Positions 20,255 through 30,016 of a DNA stretch of 64,000 bases are shown one piece after another (position 1 is the first letter of the stretch; each line of letters begins with the position of its first letter). The translations under genes and the position numbers were made by a program. The stretch is from an uncultured delta proteobacterium. Lineage in GTDB: Bacteria > Desulfobacterota > Binatia > UBA9968. The DNA lies in assembly GCA_963745835.1 (NCBI GenBank), contig CAVUZH010000015.1:192001-256000 (forward strand), given 5' to 3'. The notes under the pieces were generated by a model that was given only the letters and a program-made list of their open reading frames with translations, did not search any database and was not told the DNA's origin.

Positions 20255-20734
20255 ATGCGCCGCTTGATAACCGGATTCAAAGTGGACGAGCACGGCGACT
20301 GGGTAGCTTTTCTGAACTGCGGCCACAGGCAGCATGTCAGGCATCGGCCGCCCTTCGAAGAACGGCCGTGGGTCATCAATGAAATCGAACGGACCAAGAA
20401 AATCGGTAACCCCATGGATTGTGTCAGGTGTGATCGGTTCGAAATGCCGGACGATTTTAAAGCCTACCGCAAGACCGCCGAATTCAACGAACGGACTGTA
20501 CCTCAGAGCCTGCGCAGAGACCACTCGACCAAGCCCGGGGTCTGGGCAAAGATCCAGGTGATCGAGGGAAAACTGAGCTATCGAATCGACGCTCTGGGCA
20601 CGCAGTTTGAGTTATCTCCTGGAGTACCCGGAATCGTCATTCCAGAGGTCCGGCACCATGTCGAACCGGTCGGGTCGGTGCGGTTCTTCGTCGAGTTCTA
20701 TCGAAGGCCCGTCAATGATAGCGAGGATGGATGA
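20255..20734 (+). CDS. DUF3565-like domain fused to a DUF1971 (TehB N-terminal/YeaR-like) cupin
   Basis: DEHGDWVAFLNCGHRQHVRHRPP..CVRCD N-terminal domain, then YRKTAEF..VPQSLRRDHSTKPGVWAKI..PEVRHHV..FFVEFY. Confidence 0.75.
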   Translation: MRRLITGFKVDEHGDWVAFLNCGHRQHVRHRPPFEERPWVINEIERTKKIGNPMDCVRCDRFEMPDDFKAYRKTAEFNERTVPQSLRRDHSTKPGVWAKIQVIEGKLSYRIDALGTQFELSPGVPGIVIPEVRHHVEPVGSVRFFVEFYRRPVNDSEDG

Positions 20735-20783
20735 AGCATGGATGGAGGCGCTGGCGGCAGAGAAGTCATCGAGAGGAGGAATC

Positions 20784-21386
20784 GTGTTCGATTGGCTCAT
20801 GGGCTTTCAGAAGATGGGCGCACTCGGCCTTGTATTTTTAATGTTCGCCGAAAACGTTTTTCCACCCATTCCGTCGGAATTGATCATGCCGCTAGCGGGG
20901 TTTTCGGCGGCCCGCGGCGAGGGCAACTTGCTGATCGGCATAATCGCAGGATCCATCGGCTCACTGCTCGGAGCTCTTCTCTGGTACTACATTGGTAAAA
21001 AGATAGGCGCCCAAAGATTAGGGCGATGGGCTACAAAACATGGCCGCTGGCTCACGCTTTCACCGAAAGAGGTCGAGCAGGCGTGCGCCTGGTTTAATCG
21101 TCACGGCGGTAAAGCCGTCTTCATCGGCAGGCTTATCCCCGCGGTTCGAACCCTCATCTCCGTTCCAGCGGGCATTGCCGGGATGCCGCTTGCCTCGTTT
21201 CTTCTCTATTCCGCTACCGGCACAATCTTATGGACCGCACTCCTGGCAACGGCCGGTTACTTTCTCGAGAGCCAGTACGAAAAGGTAAGTCACTGGATGA
21301 ATCCTATTTCGAATGTGGTGATCGGATTAATCGTGCTCGGATATCTTTATCGGGTTGTAACATTCCGCCGCCGACAGCCCGGCTAG
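20784..21386 (+). CDS. DedA-family membrane protein
   Basis: ENVFPPIPSELIMPLAG and GRLIPAVRTLISVPAG motifs. GAGGAGG RBS before GTG 20784. Confidence 0.92.
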   Translation: MFDWLMGFQKMGALGLVFLMFAENVFPPIPSELIMPLAGFSAARGEGNLLIGIIAGSIGSLLGALLWYYIGKKIGAQRLGRWATKHGRWLTLSPKEVEQACAWFNRHGGKAVFIGRLIPAVRTLISVPAGIAGMPLASFLLYSATGTILWTALLATAGYFLESQYEKVSHWMNPISNVVIGLIVLGYLYRVVTFRRRQPG

Positions 21387-21605
21387 GTCTGCGGCATTAC
21401 AGGGCAGTGTGACTAGATTTCTGCTGTATCAGACGCCAGCTATGAAGGAGGCCAAACTTTGGGCGGCAACTTGTTCCGGGTTGCGCATCAGCGGAAGTTG
21501 TTCTGCTGCCGCTTAACGACCCGAGTCGTGACACGATTAAATAAAAAGTAAGCGCAGTTAGCCACTGGTTCGATGGGGGATTTAGGGCGCCCTGTCGTCA
21601 GCAAG

Positions 21606-21800
21606 TCACTTTTGTGATGGTCTGGCCATCGTCTTAACTTCGTCGCTATGCAGGCCGAGCTTCTGCGCCTCCAGATTACAGGCATAGCACACGACCATAT
21701 CTAACAAGATTCGCCCAGAATCTTCCGTCCATACCCGATACGCTTTGTTGCTGAGGAGGATACCCTCACAATGATCGCAAGTTTCATCGGCTAAGTTCAT
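21606..21800 (-). CDS. Small CxxC..CxxC protein (64 aa)
   Basis: CDHC and CYAC pairs; preceded by a sigma-54-like promoter. Confidence 0.55.
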   Translation of the reverse strand: MNLADETCDHCEGILLSNKAYRVWTEDSGRILLDMVVCYACNLEAQKLGLHSDEVKTMARPSQK

Positions 21801-21812
21801 GCAGCAGGGAGG

Positions 21813-21828
21813 CGCAAGACAGATGCCA
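21813..21828 (-). promoter_or_regulatory. Sigma-54 -24/-12 promoter
   Basis: Minus strand reads TGGCAT-CTGTC-TTGCG, matching TGGCAY-N5-TTGC. Confidence 0.6.
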
Positions 21829-22190
21829 CGATTAAATCATCATTGACGCAAGAGATAATTTGGCAATCAAATAGAATGAAGCTCCGTTTCTAACCCTACT
21901 ATTAATCAGCAATGTAAAGCACGTGAAACGCGGTGTTTCGTTTCGTATCAGCTGTGGGAACTACGTTGTCTCTTTTCGATTTGGTCGCGCAACCATTTGC
22001 ACCCATGCCTCAGTCTACAAAGGCGGCTTAAGATGTCGATGAAGTAGCATCGACGCCCTGTCGCTGCACGGCTCCGCGCCTAGCTCGACGTTGCCTCGGG
22101 TTCATGCTAGCGTAGGCTCTCTTTGCACTTCCGGTCTCTTCTCCACATTTCGAAACGCCGCAAAAGAAAACTATCCTTGGATCAGCGACC

Positions 22191-23375
22191 TTGATGACCA
22201 CAGCAAAATCCCAGCGGCTGTGGACGCCTGGGTTCGCTCTACTATGTTGCGCGCAATTTTTTGGCTCGGCTCAACATGCGCTTCTGCAACCGACATTTCC
22301 GTTATACATCACCTCGTTAGGGGGTACTCCGTTGGAAGTGGGCCTGGTGCTCGCATGCTTTGCGGCAACCAGTGTCGTGTTCCGGCCGCTGATTGGCGGC
22401 TGGGCCGACAGTTGGTCTGAAACAGGCGTTCTCATTTCCGGGCTGCTTTTGTTATCCGCCGCGGTGATTTTCTGTTTCATTCCCTTTGTCGAAGCGACGA
22501 TGTTCGCCAACGCTTTGCGCGGCCTCGGTTGGGCAGGTTTGAGCGCCGCGGGCTATTCGCTCTTGGCTCTAAGCGCGCCGTCCGCACGACGCGGCGAAGC
22601 GTCCGGGTTTTACAGTGGCGTTCAAGCCAGCGGCACGATCTTGTTACCGGCCGTCGCTCTGTGGCTGATCGACGCGCCGTTTGGCGGTTTCCATACAGTT
22701 TTCACAGTGGCCATCGCGCTTGCCGCGCTTGGCGCAGGCACCGGCGCGATTCGCGCGCGCTACGTATCAGAACCAACTCATAAACACCATGCCGCTCCTT
22801 CCGCTCCCTGGTGGAAAGAAGTTTTGAGCGTCTTGGACCGCGAAATTATTCTCGCTTCGCTGCTTTCATTTAGCTCGCACGTGACCTTTCCGGCCGTGGC
22901 AAGCTTCCTGGTTCTTTACGCGCGAGAGATCGGCATCGACAACATCGGCTGGTTTTATGTTGCAACGGGTACGACGAGTCTGCTTGCTCGTCCCCTACTG
23001 GGAAAAGTTTCCGATCAGATCGGCCGGCGGCGCGCTTTGCTCGCCTGCTTTATCTTGCAAGCTGTCGCATTGTTGGCGTTGGCATTTGCTTCGAGTTTGC
23101 TCCAATTGATGATCCCCGGGACGCTCTACATGCTGGGTTTAGCCATGGCCAGCGCAACCACACTAGCTATTGCGATGGAGCAGGCAAAACCCGAGCGCAG
23201 AGGGAGAGCGATGGCGACTTTTTCCATCGCCCTCCCACTCAGTAACGGCGTTGGCGCGCTGATCTGCGGCAGCTTGCTTCAGGGGTTTGGATTTTTTTGG
23301 ATGTACGTCGCTGTTGCCGCGATCGCCGCAGCCGGCTTGTTGATCACCATCGCACAGCGGGCACACCTGAAATAA
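22191..23375 (+). CDS. MFS transporter
   Basis: GGWADSW, ARRGEASGFY, GKVSDQIGRR and PERRGRAMATF motifs; about 12 TM. Confidence 0.88.
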   Translation: MMTTAKSQRLWTPGFALLCCAQFFGSAQHALLQPTFPLYITSLGGTPLEVGLVLACFAATSVVFRPLIGGWADSWSETGVLISGLLLLSAAVIFCFIPFVEATMFANALRGLGWAGLSAAGYSLLALSAPSARRGEASGFYSGVQASGTILLPAVALWLIDAPFGGFHTVFTVAIALAALGAGTGAIRARYVSEPTHKHHAAPSAPWWKEVLSVLDREIILASLLSFSSHVTFPAVASFLVLYAREIGIDNIGWFYVATGTTSLLARPLLGKVSDQIGRRRALLACFILQAVALLALAFASSLLQLMIPGTLYMLGLAMASATTLAIAMEQAKPERRGRAMATFSIALPLSNGVGALICGSLLQGFGFFWMYVAVAAIAAAGLLITIAQRAHLK

Positions 23376-23507
23376 CCCTCACTACGGATGGGCTAACCCA
23401 GTGACAACCGCATCATTGGCATCAGTGACTGGCAGTTAGATAAGATCATGCCATCGCCTGTATCACCAGGATACTACGAGATGGTGATGAATTTAGACCA
23501 AGAAGAA

Positions 23508-23545
23508 TTTTAGGTGGCTGTGTCTCACGACGCAGCCACCTAAAA
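23508..23545. repeat. 17-bp stem-loop palindrome between convergent genes
   Basis: TTTTAGGTGGCTGTGTC-TCAC-GACGCAGCCACCTAAAA, one G-T pair. Confidence 0.6.
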
Positions 23546-23582
23546 CATGACGTATTTTAAATTTCTCAAACATGGACGTTTG

Positions 23583-23709
23583 AGGGCCGGCTCAAAAAGG
23601 TCCCAGATACGAGGCACGCGAAGATCGACGAGCGAAGGCGTACGTTGTAGTACGTTGGAGCCGAGTCGGCCAGCGTAACGACGCAGGTGGGCCTTTTTCA
23701 CCGGCGCTC
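23583..23709. mobile_element. MITE-like palindromic element, family A, copy 2
   Basis: GCCGGCTCAAAAAGGTCCC ... GGGCCTTTTTCACCGGC ends and central CGTAC-N6-GTACG. Colinear with 17144..17270. Confidence 0.65.
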
Positions 23710-24723
23710 CTCCAGCCACATCAACTTGGCCGGATTGTCCTTCAACATCACCTTCACTTCATCGGGTTTAATGCCGAACCCGAGCAGCGCGCGGATGAAG
23801 ACCCGCATACCGTCCACCGCATCCATGTGCAGCACTTGACCGAAGTCGCTGCCGATGATGCAACGGTCGGGACCGATTTCTTTGATCGTGCGAATGGTTT
23901 CCATCGGATCGGCAACGGGCTGGTAAAGACTCGGAATCATCGGTTGACAGTAGGTGCCGACATAAACGCCGAGATCGCGCAGCTGTTTCATCTCATCGAG
24001 TAGGAGTTTGTTCAACTCTAATAATGGATGATCCAAAGTCGCCCTGACGCCGATGTCTTTTGCCAGTCTTGCCAAGGGGAGTAATTCTTGAAAGTCGGTG
24101 TGGCCGAAGCCGATGCCGACCTTCTTTTCCGCTGCCATTTCCATGATCTCTTTAACTTCCGGCAACACTTTGCCGTCTTCGGCCACCAGTCGCACGCCTT
24201 CCTTTTCCGGATGGCCGGCGCCGCGCCAGAAGCCATAGGACGTGAAGGTTGGAAACCAGATCATCTTGAAATTAGGATACTGCAACCCGACCCGGACATA
24301 CTCGGGGCGCATGCCGAAGCACATGCCGACACCGCCGTAAACTTCAACTCGATGGGTAAGTTCGCCCCTGGTGATCATGTCATCGATGTAACGCTGCGTC
24401 AGATAGGCCGATGTTGCGCTGATGTTCCAGTGATCTTTAAAAGCGATGGCGCGCATGCCGCATTTGGAAGCCTCGATGGCGATCTGAATCATATCCTGCG
24501 AGCGGTGCACGAAGTCCGGAAAAGCATGGATATGACAGTCGATGGCTCCCTGCAGCAATTCGTTCTCTATACCCGGATAGATCTTTAGCATCTCCGGGTT
24601 GTCTTTGAGCATTTGATAAAAGTAGTCCTTGGCGTTGAGCTGGCGCACCCGTTCGACACTTAAAGTGCGGCCAACCATCAGTTGTTCCGCAGCCGCGGCG
24701 TCTGCAGCAAAATCACACATCAT
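23698..24723 (-). CDS. Amidohydrolase-fold metalloprotein (DUF6282-like)
   Basis: IDCHIHAFPD, FKDH, GFGH, LDHP, IGSDFGQ and NPAKL metal-site motifs. Confidence 0.75.
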   Translation of the reverse strand: MMCDFAADAAAAEQLMVGRTLSVERVRQLNAKDYFYQMLKDNPEMLKIYPGIENELLQGAIDCHIHAFPDFVHRSQDMIQIAIEASKCGMRAIAFKDHWNISATSAYLTQRYIDDMITRGELTHRVEVYGGVGMCFGMRPEYVRVGLQYPNFKMIWFPTFTSYGFWRGAGHPEKEGVRLVAEDGKVLPEVKEIMEMAAEKKVGIGFGHTDFQELLPLARLAKDIGVRATLDHPLLELNKLLLDEMKQLRDLGVYVGTYCQPMIPSLYQPVADPMETIRTIKEIGPDRCIIGSDFGQVLHMDAVDGMRVFIRALLGFGIKPDEVKVMLKDNPAKLMWLEERR

Positions 24724-24839
24724 CTCCTCCTTCTAATGACTGTTTCAGATTGTGGTACTGAGTGTTTTCTGCGGCGTTCGTGTTCTTGGCACTCGTGTTC
24801 GTCATCCGATCAACCAGTTCCAAAATCACGAGCACGTGG

Positions 24840-25847
24840 TCACGACTGTCCCCAGGCTTCCAGGAATCTCCTTGCGTCTTCCACCGGCTCGGTTACCGGC
24901 ACGTAAGGGATTACCATACGCGTCACCCCGGCTTTCTCGAATTCTGCCATTTTTTCTTTGATCTCTTCTACGTCGCTGGCAGGAACGACCGGCAATTTAT
25001 CCATGTAGTCGTCGGTCAACGCGCCCATCGCTGCTTTGAAGCCGCCTTTCTGAAACGCTTCGTGGATCGCGTTCACTTCTTTCTCGAATCCCATGCCACG
25101 CAACATATCACTGTAGTGATCGGCGATATTGTAAAACGTCAGCACCTGGCGCAGCTTGTTGCGCGCCGCCTGTTTGTCGGGATTAAGTGAAACTCGTGAC
25201 TTGGCAATGATCTCGATCTTACTTGGATCTCGGCCCGCTTCTGCAGCGCCCTCGCGCACCCGGGCGGCAATCTCTTTGACTTTTGCCGGAGTCGCCATGT
25301 TGATGAAAACACCGTCAGATACTTTTCCAACCAGTTTGGTCATCTGCGGCCCAAGGCCGGCCAAGTAAACCGGCACATTGGGATGGCCAGGCTTCCAGGA
25401 AAGCTGAAATCGTTTCCCCGTCTGATAAATCTCGCCTTCATATTCGACCCGCTCGCCGGCGGCAACTTTGCGGACGATGTCGATATATTCGCGCGCCCGC
25501 TTGAGCGGCCGGTCAAAAACCCCGCCATGCCACCCGGCAATGCTCTTATTCGCAACGCCTAGTCCGAGCAGCAATCTGCCGCCGGATAGGTCTTGCAAAG
25601 TTGCCGCTTGGATTCCCAAAGTGACCGGGCTGCGGCCGTAGATATGGTAAATTGCCGTGCCTAATTTAATCGTCTTGGTGCGGCTCGCCACCGCTGAAAG
25701 CATCACCAAGGGATCAGTGCTGTTCGATTCGCCTTTCCAGAAGGCGCCGAAGCCAACCTGCTCAGCCAAAACGACCAAGCCAGGCACATCGGCCGCGGGA
25801 TAGTGCGCCGCTGAATTTATTTCCACGTCGTAAATCATTTTTTGCAC
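24840..25847 (-). CDS. LLM-class flavin-dependent oxidoreductase
   Basis: GFGAFWKGES, TKTIKLGTAI, SGGRLLLGLG and YLAGLGPQM motifs. Confidence 0.88.
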   Translation of the reverse strand: MQKMIYDVEINSAAHYPAADVPGLVVLAEQVGFGAFWKGESNSTDPLVMLSAVASRTKTIKLGTAIYHIYGRSPVTLGIQAATLQDLSGGRLLLGLGVANKSIAGWHGGVFDRPLKRAREYIDIVRKVAAGERVEYEGEIYQTGKRFQLSWKPGHPNVPVYLAGLGPQMTKLVGKVSDGVFINMATPAKVKEIAARVREGAAEAGRDPSKIEIIAKSRVSLNPDKQAARNKLRQVLTFYNIADHYSDMLRGMGFEKEVNAIHEAFQKGGFKAAMGALTDDYMDKLPVVPASDVEEIKEKMAEFEKAGVTRMVIPYVPVTEPVEDARRFLEAWGQS

Positions 25848-26001
25848 CCCTCAAGCTCGTCAACCCAAACCAAAAGCACGAGGTACAGTAGTCAGACGCA
25901 TTCGCTCAAGTCAATCATCGCGGCCACTAGTGCAGATTATTGACGAGTCCAGAAGAAGGACGAGACTGCGTCTATGTGAGGGACGGGCTGCCGGCGAATG
26001 G

Positions 26002-26121
26002 TTTCAAAACGTTCAAGGCGTTTAAGCCGTTCAACAACCCCTCCTTAATCCTCCCCCGCGATCGCCGGGGAGGAACAGGTGGGGGCTGGAACGATTTGAA
26101 ACATTTGAACGAATTGAGCGA
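26002..26121. repeat. Nested palindromic element: inverted 9-mer arrays around a C-rich/G-rich hairpin
   Basis: Four GTTCAAnnC-like 9-mers (26002-26037), a CCTCCCCCGCGATCGCCGGGGAGG core, then four inverted nTTGAACGA-like 9-mers (26086-26121). Confidence 0.65.
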
Positions 26122-26189
26122 TACGCGTCACTGGCTCCTTGCCTTCACTCTGGAGAACTCGCATCTTGATCGCCGCTGAGTGAATCCGG

Positions 26190-27167
26190 TTACGGTTTTG
26201 ACGATCTCGCCTTGCGCGCAAGAACATCCAGTTCTTTTTTCAAATGGTGAGTACTGTCGATGAAACGATCCATCGTAGTCGCCGGCAGCAACGTCGGCTC
26301 GATGGGTTTGAGAATGGCGGAGTATTCCATGACTGTGGAAAAGGAGCTTCGATTGTCATAATCGGCCATCACGCCAAGCCCGATAACAGCGACGCTAACA
26401 GCAAGACCCGCCCATAACCGCGAACGGAACCACATCGAGGATGCCAAGCCAAGATGACCGTAAACCAAAGCCCCGAGAATCAAACCGGAACCGACGATGG
26501 CGGTAACCCACAGTGCCTGGCTCGTCGGAACGATAAACTCGATCCATTCCGCCGCGGTGCTGACCATCAGCGATACGATGATGGCCGCACAAGCCAGGAC
26601 AAAATGTTGTCCATAATGAAAGCGGTTTAAGACGATCCTGCTCACCAATGCCCACAAGCCTGCCCAGACCAGCACCATGGAAAATGTCATCAAGGCTTCG
26701 CTCAGGCTGCGCGCGATATTAAGCCGTTCGTAGCTGCCGAAAAAAGAATTCACTAGAATAACTCCCAGGAGAACGAAACCGCTTACCAAAGCGACGGCGG
26801 GAGAAGTAAACCATTTTATCATCCCTGCGCGATCGATCTCAGCGGGCGCTACCGCATGGGCGGTGTCGCAGTAGCGCAAATGGGTATGGCCGATTTGAAA
26901 TTCCGTGCCCGAGGCGAGAAGCAAGCTTGGCACCGGCTGGCCGCCGACAATCTCACGCAATCCGTTGACGGTGCCGACATCGCGCGCCTGCAGACGGCCG
27001 TTTTCGTCGTAACCGATCGTTAGATGCTCCGGACAAACAAATGGATCATCGAGAATGACATGATTGGTATAGGCACGGCCCAGTGTCAGCGGCAGGGATT
27101 GAACCGGGAAGCGCTGGGAAACCCTTCCCTTTGGATCAAGCACTTCAAGGTAACCTAGCGTCGCCAT
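26190..27167 (-). CDS. FHA-domain membrane protein
   Basis: LTLGRAYTNHVILDDPFVCPEH..DVGTVNG FHA domain followed by about 5 TM helices. Overlaps the upstream protease gene. Confidence 0.8.
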   Translation of the reverse strand: MATLGYLEVLDPKGRVSQRFPVQSLPLTLGRAYTNHVILDDPFVCPEHLTIGYDENGRLQARDVGTVNGLREIVGGQPVPSLLLASGTEFQIGHTHLRYCDTAHAVAPAEIDRAGMIKWFTSPAVALVSGFVLLGVILVNSFFGSYERLNIARSLSEALMTFSMVLVWAGLWALVSRIVLNRFHYGQHFVLACAAIIVSLMVSTAAEWIEFIVPTSQALWVTAIVGSGLILGALVYGHLGLASSMWFRSRLWAGLAVSVAVIGLGVMADYDNRSSFSTVMEYSAILKPIEPTLLPATTMDRFIDSTHHLKKELDVLARKARSSKP

Positions 27168-28450
27168 CTGATGTTTTCCATGTAACGGCGAGTCAGTGTT
27201 TGGACATTTTCAAAGCTCACACCTGATAAACTCAATGTGCTCACCAGGCCGACGTTGCGCGAGCCGATAGTCGCTGCCCTGAATACCGCATCGTACAATC
27301 CAGGTAACTTGACGTACTGACGCACGCACAATACAGCTCTGATTTTGCCGGATTGCACGCGCACATTTTTGGTTTCACAGCGAAATGGCGTCACCTCTTC
27401 TTCGTTGCCGGCTGTCGCGACACTGGCGGCTTGAAATTGAGCCGAATAGAGGGCGAAAAAGCGCAGTGGATCGAGTTCATCGGTGGAAAATAAATGATGC
27501 GAGAACCGGATTATCCCGGAAGACTGCTGGCTTGAAACGAACATGTAGTCGTCAGTCGAGCAGTCATGAGTGACGGCGACATAGGGAAGTTCTTTGCGGT
27601 GCAGCGCATCGGCCCAGCAGCGAAAGAATGGCGCGGGCCGGGTCGGTAACTCATAGGGACCGAGCGCCACCGTCGGCTTTGAGCTGGCGAACATACCCGA
27701 AAGATAAGCCGCTTGGTAAGCATCGATCTGCTGGCCCACTTCGGCGAGAAAACTCGCCGCCGGTCGAATCTCTGATTGAGCGGTTCTTTCCAGCAATGCA
27801 ATAACTCGCTCGACCGGAACCAGAAAGCTAATTTGCTCTCCTTCAGTGGCCACATTGACGCCGATGACCTTGCCGTCTTGCAGCAAGGTCGGGCCGCCAC
27901 TCATGCCGGGATTGAGCGAGCCGGTGAAATGAACTTTCGGATACAACGTGTGCTGCAGCAGTCCGTTATAAGTTCCTTCTACGATGGTCAGCCCTAAATC
28001 GCGCGGATGACCGAGAGAGTAGAGCCGCGCGCCCTGCTGCACCTGAGTGGTTTCGAGCTTGAGAAATCCTTTCGACGGCGGCCCTCCGCGCAGGACAGCA
28101 AGGTCATAAACAACGTCGAGCCCCACCACAGACACGGGACCCGTTTGGCCCTTGGCATTGGTAACTTCAATCCTGTAGCGTTCGGGCGCGTGAATCAGCT
28201 TGGAAATGACATGATAATTTGTGACGATGTCACCGCGTTGTGTCGCGTAGAATCCGGTACCGATCGAAGCTTTCGCCGCCGAACCGATCTCGACCACTTC
28301 GATCCTAACAACATGTTCCGAATATTGACGGAAGATGTCGGGCGTCGAGGCCGCAGTTGCTTGGGCCGACACGGAGTTACCGGTAGACAGCGACAACAAA
28401 AAAGCCATCGACAAAACACACCAGAAGATCAGCGCACTGTTTCTTTTCAT
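27155..28450 (-). CDS. Secreted trypsin-like (S1) serine protease with a Cys-containing C-terminal domain
   Basis: Catalytic triad motifs VTNYHV, YDLAVL and LNPGMSGGP; signal peptide; no PDZ recognised. Confidence 0.85.
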   Translation of the reverse strand: MKRNSALIFWCVLSMAFLLSLSTGNSVSAQATAASTPDIFRQYSEHVVRIEVVEIGSAAKASIGTGFYATQRGDIVTNYHVISKLIHAPERYRIEVTNAKGQTGPVSVVGLDVVYDLAVLRGGPPSKGFLKLETTQVQQGARLYSLGHPRDLGLTIVEGTYNGLLQHTLYPKVHFTGSLNPGMSGGPTLLQDGKVIGVNVATEGEQISFLVPVERVIALLERTAQSEIRPAASFLAEVGQQIDAYQAAYLSGMFASSKPTVALGPYELPTRPAPFFRCWADALHRKELPYVAVTHDCSTDDYMFVSSQQSSGIIRFSHHLFSTDELDPLRFFALYSAQFQAASVATAGNEEEVTPFRCETKNVRVQSGKIRAVLCVRQYVKLPGLYDAVFRAATIGSRNVGLVSTLSLSGVSFENVQTLTRRYMENIRWRR

Positions 28451-28695
28451 CGTGAGTTTAATTGGGTGTTTTTTCGGTCGTGCGTCAAGCAAACGATGCT
28501 AACGCCGGCCGCAATCGCTAGTTCAGATACATACCCACTAACATTGTCCCCGCAATGACGGAAAAGATCGAACCTGCCTAACAAGACGGGACCAGATGCA
28601 GCCTAAGCGGAATGATTGATGACTACGACGTCTCTTGTGCCGAAAGCCGCATTGACTTTATTTTTCGTTCTCATTTTATTTCTTTATGGATCACG

Positions 28696-29898
28696 TCAGG
28701 GCGCCTGATCCGCAATTCCTATCACTTCCTCGGCGCGCAACTCTTCGATCGCCTGGTCGGAATAACCGAGCTCGCGCAAGATCGCACCCGTATGCTCGCC
28801 CACGAGTGGCGGCGGCAGCGAAGGAGATTCGGTGAAATTGCGGTATCGCACCGGCGCGCCGACAAACTCCATCCGACCGGCAATTGGATGCTCCACATTT
28901 TCAATGAGTTGGAGATGACGGACCTGCGGGTCGGCTAACGCCTCCGCGATATCGTGCAGCGGCACGACCGGAACATCGCGCGCTTCGAGGCAGCGCAACC
29001 ATTCTTCTCTGCTTTTGGTTTTAAATGTTGGTGCCAGGGCTTCTTCGAGGCATTCATAGTTTTGCCGTCGCGCATCTCGCGTAGCAAACCTTTGGTCGAC
29101 GGCAATGTCCATTCGTCCAGTCGCGTCCAACAACGCGAGCCAAAATTTCTCCGGCACGGAACAATGGATCGCCAGCGGCAACCCGTCCCCACATATGAAC
29201 GCAAAGGCGTGGGCGTTTTTAACCCGCGCCATCCGGTTCGGCACACTCCCGCTGCGCAAATAGCCCGCGGCGCTTTCGCCGATGAAAGAAAGTGTCGCCT
29301 GCAGCAGGGATGTTTCCACGCGGCAACCTTCGCCGGATTGGCCGCGCGCCAGCAACGCGCCGAGAATGCCGTAGCCCGCTGACATTCCGGTAATATAGTC
29401 CGAAAGGGCCATGCCCATCACCTTTGGATCGTCTGAATCATTGAGTAAGCTCAGCAATCCGCTAACAGCCTGCCCCAAGGTATCGAATCCCGGCTTATCG
29501 ACATACGGCCCGCTTTCACCGAAGGCGGAAATCGAACAGTAAACCAACCGCGGATTGAGCGCGCGGAGAGTTTCGTACGCCAAGCCCAAACGTTCAGCGG
29601 TTCCAGGACGAAAATTTTCGACGAAAACGTCCGCGCTTTTAAGCAGCTCGGAACAAATTTTTCTCCCATGCGCCGTTTTGAGATCGAGCACCAGGCTTTG
29701 TTTGTTCCGATTTAGATGCGCGAAATTGAAACTGTAATGCGGATCGGGAGCAAAATAACGGTACGGATCCCCTTGTGGCGGCGATTCGATCTTGATAACG
29801 CGAGCACCGAGGTTAGCCAACAACGCCGAAGCGTACGGACCGGTAACAAAGGTCGCGCACTCAAGAACGGTAACGTGTTGCAGGGCTTGGATCGGCAT
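28696..29898 (-). CDS. CaiB/BaiF family III CoA-transferase
   Basis: LGARVIKIE, NRNKQSLVLDLK, DVFVENFRPG and PGFD motifs. Confidence 0.93.
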   Translation of the reverse strand: MPIQALQHVTVLECATFVTGPYASALLANLGARVIKIESPPQGDPYRYFAPDPHYSFNFAHLNRNKQSLVLDLKTAHGRKICSELLKSADVFVENFRPGTAERLGLAYETLRALNPRLVYCSISAFGESGPYVDKPGFDTLGQAVSGLLSLLNDSDDPKVMGMALSDYITGMSAGYGILGALLARGQSGEGCRVETSLLQATLSFIGESAAGYLRSGSVPNRMARVKNAHAFAFICGDGLPLAIHCSVPEKFWLALLDATGRMDIAVDQRFATRDARRQNYECLEEALAPTFKTKSREEWLRCLEARDVPVVPLHDIAEALADPQVRHLQLIENVEHPIAGRMEFVGAPVRYRNFTESPSLPPPLVGEHTGAILRELGYSDQAIEELRAEEVIGIADQAP

Positions 29899-30016
29899 GA
29901 AACTTTTCTTCCAAACGTGGCGAGATTCGGAGGTGACGGTGCGGGATCAGCCATTCTGCGCAGATCGATACCGCTCTCTAAAGATCACCGCGGATCTGTT
30001 TTCGCGGTTGGCTCGA

